Below, in pieces: positions 60,081-64,000 of a DNA stretch of 64,000 bases. Source of the stretch: Tagaea sp. (lineage in GTDB: Bacteria > Pseudomonadota > Alphaproteobacteria > CACIAM-22H2); NCBI GenBank assembly GCA_965279525.1, contig CBDIIB010000004.1:64001-128000 (forward strand), in the 5' to 3' direction. Position 1 is the stretch's first letter; every line of letters begins with the position of its first letter. The notes beneath the pieces are model-generated. The model did no database searches, was not told where the DNA came from, and was given only the letters and a program-made list of their open reading frames with translations. The translations under genes were made by a program, and so were the position numbers.

Positions 60081-60695
60081 ATGATGACCGCGAAACCACC
60101 CGTCTTCGTGCTCTCGCACCGCGGCGGCGTACCGTCACCGTTCGAGGAATTCGTTCGCGAAGGCCGGATCGACGGGGTGTGGGAATGGGACCTGACGCCG
60201 CAGATGATCGCCGAAGCGAAAGGCGTGCTTCTGACGATCCATCTCGATCAGGTGCGCGCGATGGAATGGCGTGAAGGATTCGGCTCGATGCTCGCGCGCG
60301 GCGGGCGCGTTCTGATAAATGGCCATGTCGAGCAACCGTTCATCGACGGCGTCGGGCGCTTCATGCCCAGCGGCCGCACCCGTACACACCTTCGGCTTTC
60401 GGCACTCGGCATGCATCCGCTGTTTGATGGCGTGGATCGACTTGGTTTCGAGACGCGGCGCGGCGTGGCCGGTTTCTACGGCCGCGGCCACAACGCGATG
60501 CCGCGTGATGCGCAGGCGCTGACCGGAGTCGGCCCCGCCGCGGCACCCCTCGACTGGATCTGGCGACGCGCGGACGGGGGTGCTGTCCTGTCCCACGCCG
60601 GCAACGACCTGTGGACAAGCTGCGACGAGACTGCCGTCATGCATCGTCTGGCGGCGAACATCGTGCGATGGCTCGGACACGAGACGGAGCGGTAG
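60081..60695 (+). CDS. Conserved-looking hypothetical protein (possible class I glutamine amidotransferase-like fold)
   Basis: HPLFDGV, RRGVAGFYGRG and HAGNDLW motifs; good codon usage. Confidence 0.7.
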   Translation: MMTAKPPVFVLSHRGGVPSPFEEFVREGRIDGVWEWDLTPQMIAEAKGVLLTIHLDQVRAMEWREGFGSMLARGGRVLINGHVEQPFIDGVGRFMPSGRTRTHLRLSALGMHPLFDGVDRLGFETRRGVAGFYGRGHNAMPRDAQALTGVGPAAAPLDWIWRRADGGAVLSHAGNDLWTSCDETAVMHRLAANIVRWLGHETER

Positions 60696-60697
60696 GC

Positions 60698-61306
60698 ATG
60701 CTCGCGACATTGCAGCCAGGTGCTTCCTATCACGTCGCGACGCTTGAGGATCCGCGCTACGAAGCGCTGTTCGAGCGGCGCATCCGGCCCGAATCTCTCG
60801 ACGCGGCGTCGCTCGATGGGGTGAAGGTCATGCTCGTGCCCTGTCGCACGAATCCACTGCGCCTCGCCGGCCGCTGGCCAGTCATGCGCGATTTTCTCGG
60901 TCGTGGCGGCGTGCTGGTTGCGATGGGCGAGACCTTCCAGAACGAATGGATACCTGGCGTATCGTTTCATCCGGAAGAAGCGAACTATTGGTGGTGGCTG
61001 GAAAAGGGCGCGGATCTTGGCGTCAGGTTAGCCGTGGCCGACCATCCGCTGCTGAATGGCCTCGGCAAGGCTGACGTCACCTGGCATCTGCATGGCTGGT
61101 ACGACCTGCCGCCGGATGCGCGCCCGCTGATCGTCGATCGCGAAGACAGGGCTTTGATGTACGAGGACAGGGCAAGCTTCGGCGGACAGCTGATCGTGAC
61201 AAGCCTTGATCCCTGCTATCACCATGGCTCCCATTTCATGCCGGCGACGACGCGGTTTCTGGATGGATTCCTCCCCAATCTCGCCGGCCTTGCACTCGGT
61301 CGCTGA
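60698..61306 (+). CDS. Conserved-looking hypothetical protein, partner of the upstream gene
   Basis: NYWWW, HPL, WHLHG and TSLDPCYHHGSHFMPATTRF motifs; starts 2 nt after the upstream stop. Confidence 0.72.
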   Translation: MLATLQPGASYHVATLEDPRYEALFERRIRPESLDAASLDGVKVMLVPCRTNPLRLAGRWPVMRDFLGRGGVLVAMGETFQNEWIPGVSFHPEEANYWWWLEKGADLGVRLAVADHPLLNGLGKADVTWHLHGWYDLPPDARPLIVDREDRALMYEDRASFGGQLIVTSLDPCYHHGSHFMPATTRFLDGFLPNLAGLALGR

Positions 61307-61337
61307 GTTCGCGTGGCATTGGAGCGCTCTCATGCAG

Positions 61338-61420
61338 TGGGGCGCAGGTTCGATTCCCGTCGCCTCGACCATCAATGTAGTCCGTCGATCGGAACTCCGG
61401 TCGGCGGGAATTTCGATGTG
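61338..61420 (+). repeat. att-like junction copy 3: degenerate tRNA 3' end plus the same hairpin as 57142-57173
   Basis: GCAGGTTCGATTCCCGTCGCCTCGACCATCAA followed by GTCCGTCGATCGGAACTCCGGTCGGCGGG. Confidence 0.72.
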
Positions 61421-61632
61421 ACGTAGCCACACGAAGCTTGGATATCCGATCGACACGGCACCAGCGGCGTTCTTTGCGCTGCGCCGACAACTCGCTCGTC
61501 ACCTGATGCCGGAAAAGACGGTTCACAACCATAATGACATTGACTGTATGTCGCGATGACTCCTAGGTTGCTTTCCTGGAATCGGCGGTGTCGACGGGAG
61601 TGATGGTTTTCGTGCCTGCGCTTGTGACGGAA

Positions 61633-62136
61633 ATGGGGATCGAGCCGACGCCGCCGGGGCGCACGAACCCGGGCCGCATCGCCGTCCGTCTGGCGAAAGA
61701 CCGCGCGGATCTGACGGCGATGATGGAGCTAGGCCGCCTGCTCCACGCGGAAAGCCGGTTCCGCAAGCTGCCCATCGACGAAGCCCGCCTGATGGAAATC
61801 GGCCGGATGGGGCTCGCAAAGGGCAATCCGGGCCTGATCCTGGCCGAACGGCAGGGGCGCCTTGTCGGCATGGCCATCGTGGTCGCCGGCGAGCACTTTT
61901 TCTCGGTCGCCAAGGCGGCCACCGTGCAGCTCGTCTATGTCCATCCGAAGGCGCGCGGCAGCCGCGCCGCCATCCTGCTGTTGCGCGCGCTCCGCCGCTG
62001 GGCGATCGAGGCCGGCGCCGAGGACCTGCACGTCAACAACACGACGGCCATCCACGCGGACCGCACGGACCGCTTCCTCAGACACATGGGCTTCCGCCAG
62101 ACGGGCGGGAACTATGTGCTGGAAGGGGTGCGATGA
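61633..62136 (+). CDS. GNAT acetyltransferase, resembling phage-associated GNATs
   Basis: VYVHPKARGS and FLRHMGF motifs; start uncertain (61588-61633). Confidence 0.8.
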   Translation: MGIEPTPPGRTNPGRIAVRLAKDRADLTAMMELGRLLHAESRFRKLPIDEARLMEIGRMGLAKGNPGLILAERQGRLVGMAIVVAGEHFFSVAKAATVQLVYVHPKARGSRAAILLLRALRRWAIEAGAEDLHVNNTTAIHADRTDRFLRHMGFRQTGGNYVLEGVR

Positions 62137-62236
62137 GACATTCTGCGGTGACCCTTAGCCATTGGCCGAGACGGGCGCGTGCTCGGCGCTCTGGGCACGC
62201 TGAGTATTTTGGAGACCTACATTGTCGGGAGCGCGC

Positions 62237-63460
62237 ATGTCAGGCCGGAAATCTGCAATCTCCCGACGCTACTTCAGCCGCTTGACCGCAGGAGGATTCG
62301 TTTCCATGTCCGCTGCACCTGCCATATTGTCTCACGGCGCCAAAGCGCTGGCGCAGGGGGCGTCAGGAATGATTGGTGGCGGGCAGATCAGGTTCGTGCG
62401 GCAAGGCGGGTGGCGGATCGTCCCCGATTATCCGAAGTTCCCATACAACACGATCGATTTCCGGTTCGCTCCCGATGGCAAGCGGGTTGGGGTCCGGTCG
62501 GGAAGCAATCTTACGGTTTACGATTTTCCGTCCGGGCGGGAGGTTTGCAGAATCCTGCATCCGTCTTTGCCTCAGCGATATAGCTTTTCATTCGGGCCGG
62601 AAGGTCGCTTCCTGATCTCGTCTCCGCCGATGCTGAAGCCGCTTGTCGAACGCCCGACAATGCTTGCGAAGTTTATTGATTCGGAAACAGGGAAGACAGT
62701 TCGGGAAATCCCACTAGCTGACGTTGGGGCGGATATCGTTGGGGCGGGATCGCCTATCTGGACGTCTCCAACTGGCGAAATTGCTGTTGTCGGAGCCAAT
62801 GCCGGTAACAAGGGTTCTGCGATTGTCGTTGTCGATCTGAACTCACAGTCCATACGACATGTATTGAATCAGACTTCGGGTTCGGCGCACTTCTCACGTG
62901 AGATGGCGATTTCTTCTGCTGGTATCCTGGCGGTCCAAGAGCAGAACGGGAATCGATACTGGGAACCATCGAAGCTCAATCTGTTCGATCTCGAAACCGG
63001 TAAACGGATCGCTGTACTGCCGGCCAATCGACCGATGCTGACGGCAGTCGCGTGGAGTCGAGATGGCTCGCGGCTGTATACGGCCGGCAATGCACCCGCG
63101 ACTTCGCTGGACCTCCGCAACGATCCCGAGAAGGCGAAGATCGAATGGGGGGAAGCCGAACCGATCTGGGTCTGGGACGGTCAAGCACATGCGCGGATCG
63201 GGGTAATTTCGGAACCAAAAGCTCCGGTGGATTGGTTTGCGCCGTCACCGGACGGGAGGTTGTTGTGTGCAATTCGCGCCAAGCGCAAGGGCGGGCTCGG
63301 AGCGGGACTGAGCGTCTGGCGGCTGTCGGACAACGCCGAGATATTCAGTTACGAGACGCCCGACGCAAGGCTGATCAACGGAGCTGCATTCACGCCCGAC
63401 GGCAGCCACCTCGCGTGGCTGGAGCTCGATGAATTCAAAGTATTTCAGGTTGCCGGGTAA
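62237..63460 (+). CDS. WD40-like beta-propeller protein with putative Tat signal
   Basis: SRRYF N-terminus; repeats FAPDGK, WSRDGS, PSPDGR and FTPDGS; lower GC than the flanks. Confidence 0.8.
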   Translation: MSGRKSAISRRYFSRLTAGGFVSMSAAPAILSHGAKALAQGASGMIGGGQIRFVRQGGWRIVPDYPKFPYNTIDFRFAPDGKRVGVRSGSNLTVYDFPSGREVCRILHPSLPQRYSFSFGPEGRFLISSPPMLKPLVERPTMLAKFIDSETGKTVREIPLADVGADIVGAGSPIWTSPTGEIAVVGANAGNKGSAIVVVDLNSQSIRHVLNQTSGSAHFSREMAISSAGILAVQEQNGNRYWEPSKLNLFDLETGKRIAVLPANRPMLTAVAWSRDGSRLYTAGNAPATSLDLRNDPEKAKIEWGEAEPIWVWDGQAHARIGVISEPKAPVDWFAPSPDGRLLCAIRAKRKGGLGAGLSVWRLSDNAEIFSYETPDARLINGAAFTPDGSHLAWLELDEFKVFQVAG

Positions 63461-63510
63461 TGCAAATGGCCGCAAAAATTTTTACACAAAAAACACGTTA
63501 AGATAGCGCA

Positions 63511-63720
63511 ATGATTACTGCCGCAAACCTGAAGGCGTTTGCTTCCGATGCATATGCGCCCGGAACAACGCAGGGGATTCCGCCAGGAAGTACGATCATT
63601 GCCCAAAGCGCGCCCTCGCCGCTTACGGGATTTCAAGCGGTCGCATACAAGACGGCGGATGGGGAGTTGGTCCTCTCGTTCAAAGGATCGGACAGCCTTT
63701 ATATCGGCCAACCCGTATAG
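63511..63720 (+). pseudogene. N-terminal fragment of a lipase class 3/Mbeg1-like (often RTX-linked) protein
   Basis: ASDAY..TGFQAVAYK..GELVLSFKGSD; ends before any GHSLGG motif, within the convergent gene. Confidence 0.6.
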
Positions 63721-64000
63721 GTCGAGATGCCGCGCTTGCGCAGCTGGCCGCCGATGATCACGCGCTGGATCTCCGAAGTGCCTTCCCAGATCCTGTCGAC
63801 GCGGACGTCGCGATTGAGGCGTTCGACCGGGTTCTCGCGCATATAGCCGCGGCCGCCGAAAATCTGGACGGCCTTGTCGAGCACGCGGCCGGCCATTTCC
63901 GAGGCCTGCAGCTTGATTGCGCTCGCGCGCGCGTGGACGAGTTTCCTGTCCACGCCGCTGTCGATCTCCCAAGCGACGCGATAGACGAGACTCTTCGAGG
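63699..64000 (-). CDS. Acyl-CoA dehydrogenase, 3' part (5' end beyond the window)
   Basis: AVQIFGGRGY and RIWEGTSEIQR motifs. Confidence 0.92.
   Translation of the reverse strand, partial: SKSLVYRVAWEIDSGVDRKLVHARASAIKLQASEMAGRVLDKAVQIFGGRGYMRENPVERLNRDVRVDRIWEGTSEIQRVIIGGQLRKRGISTYTGWPI

Noticed and set aside
61338-61371. tmRNA 3' end
   Set aside because: It shares its downstream hairpin with the tRNA-Pro remnant at 57.1 kb, and no other tmRNA features are visible.

Overview
GC-rich (roughly two-thirds G+C by eye) alphaproteobacterial-looking DNA made of accessory modules. From left to right: (1) 1-12.4 kb, a minus-strand catabolic operon (thioesterase, VOC protein, MDR oxidoreductase, peptide-type ABC transporter, NIPSNAP-like/hydrolase fusion, creatininase-like amidohydrolase, flavoprotein, acyl-CoA ligase). 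(2) A complete kdpFABCDE operon with an extra 27-aa upstream peptide. (3) 21-35.6 kb, a stress/biofilm module: small envelope and stress genes, a giant CheB-CheR-PAS-HK-REC-REC-LuxR protein split by a (CCGG)3 frameshift, and PRC-barrel-pgaABCD. At least five copies of a FixJ-like 15-bp box sit near these genes. (4) iolC/iolR with a divergent dehydrogenase, a Liv-type ABC transporter, an atypical short ABC ATPase and SDRs. (5) An arabino-oligosaccharide module (ABC transporter, GH51, ArsR-type regulator, araD). (6) An SsuABC-like transporter divergent from two unknown genes, with a Fur/Mur-like box between them. (7) A phage-like GNAT, a Tat-type WD40 protein and a truncated lipase-like gene that runs into an acyl-CoA dehydrogenase. 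Degenerate tRNA-Pro(GGG) 3'-half/att-arm repeats at about 20.85, 57.0 and 61.3 kb suggest serially integrated islands. No integrase, intact tRNA, rRNA or CRISPR array was seen. All calls come from reading the sequence and ORF track; no searches were run.
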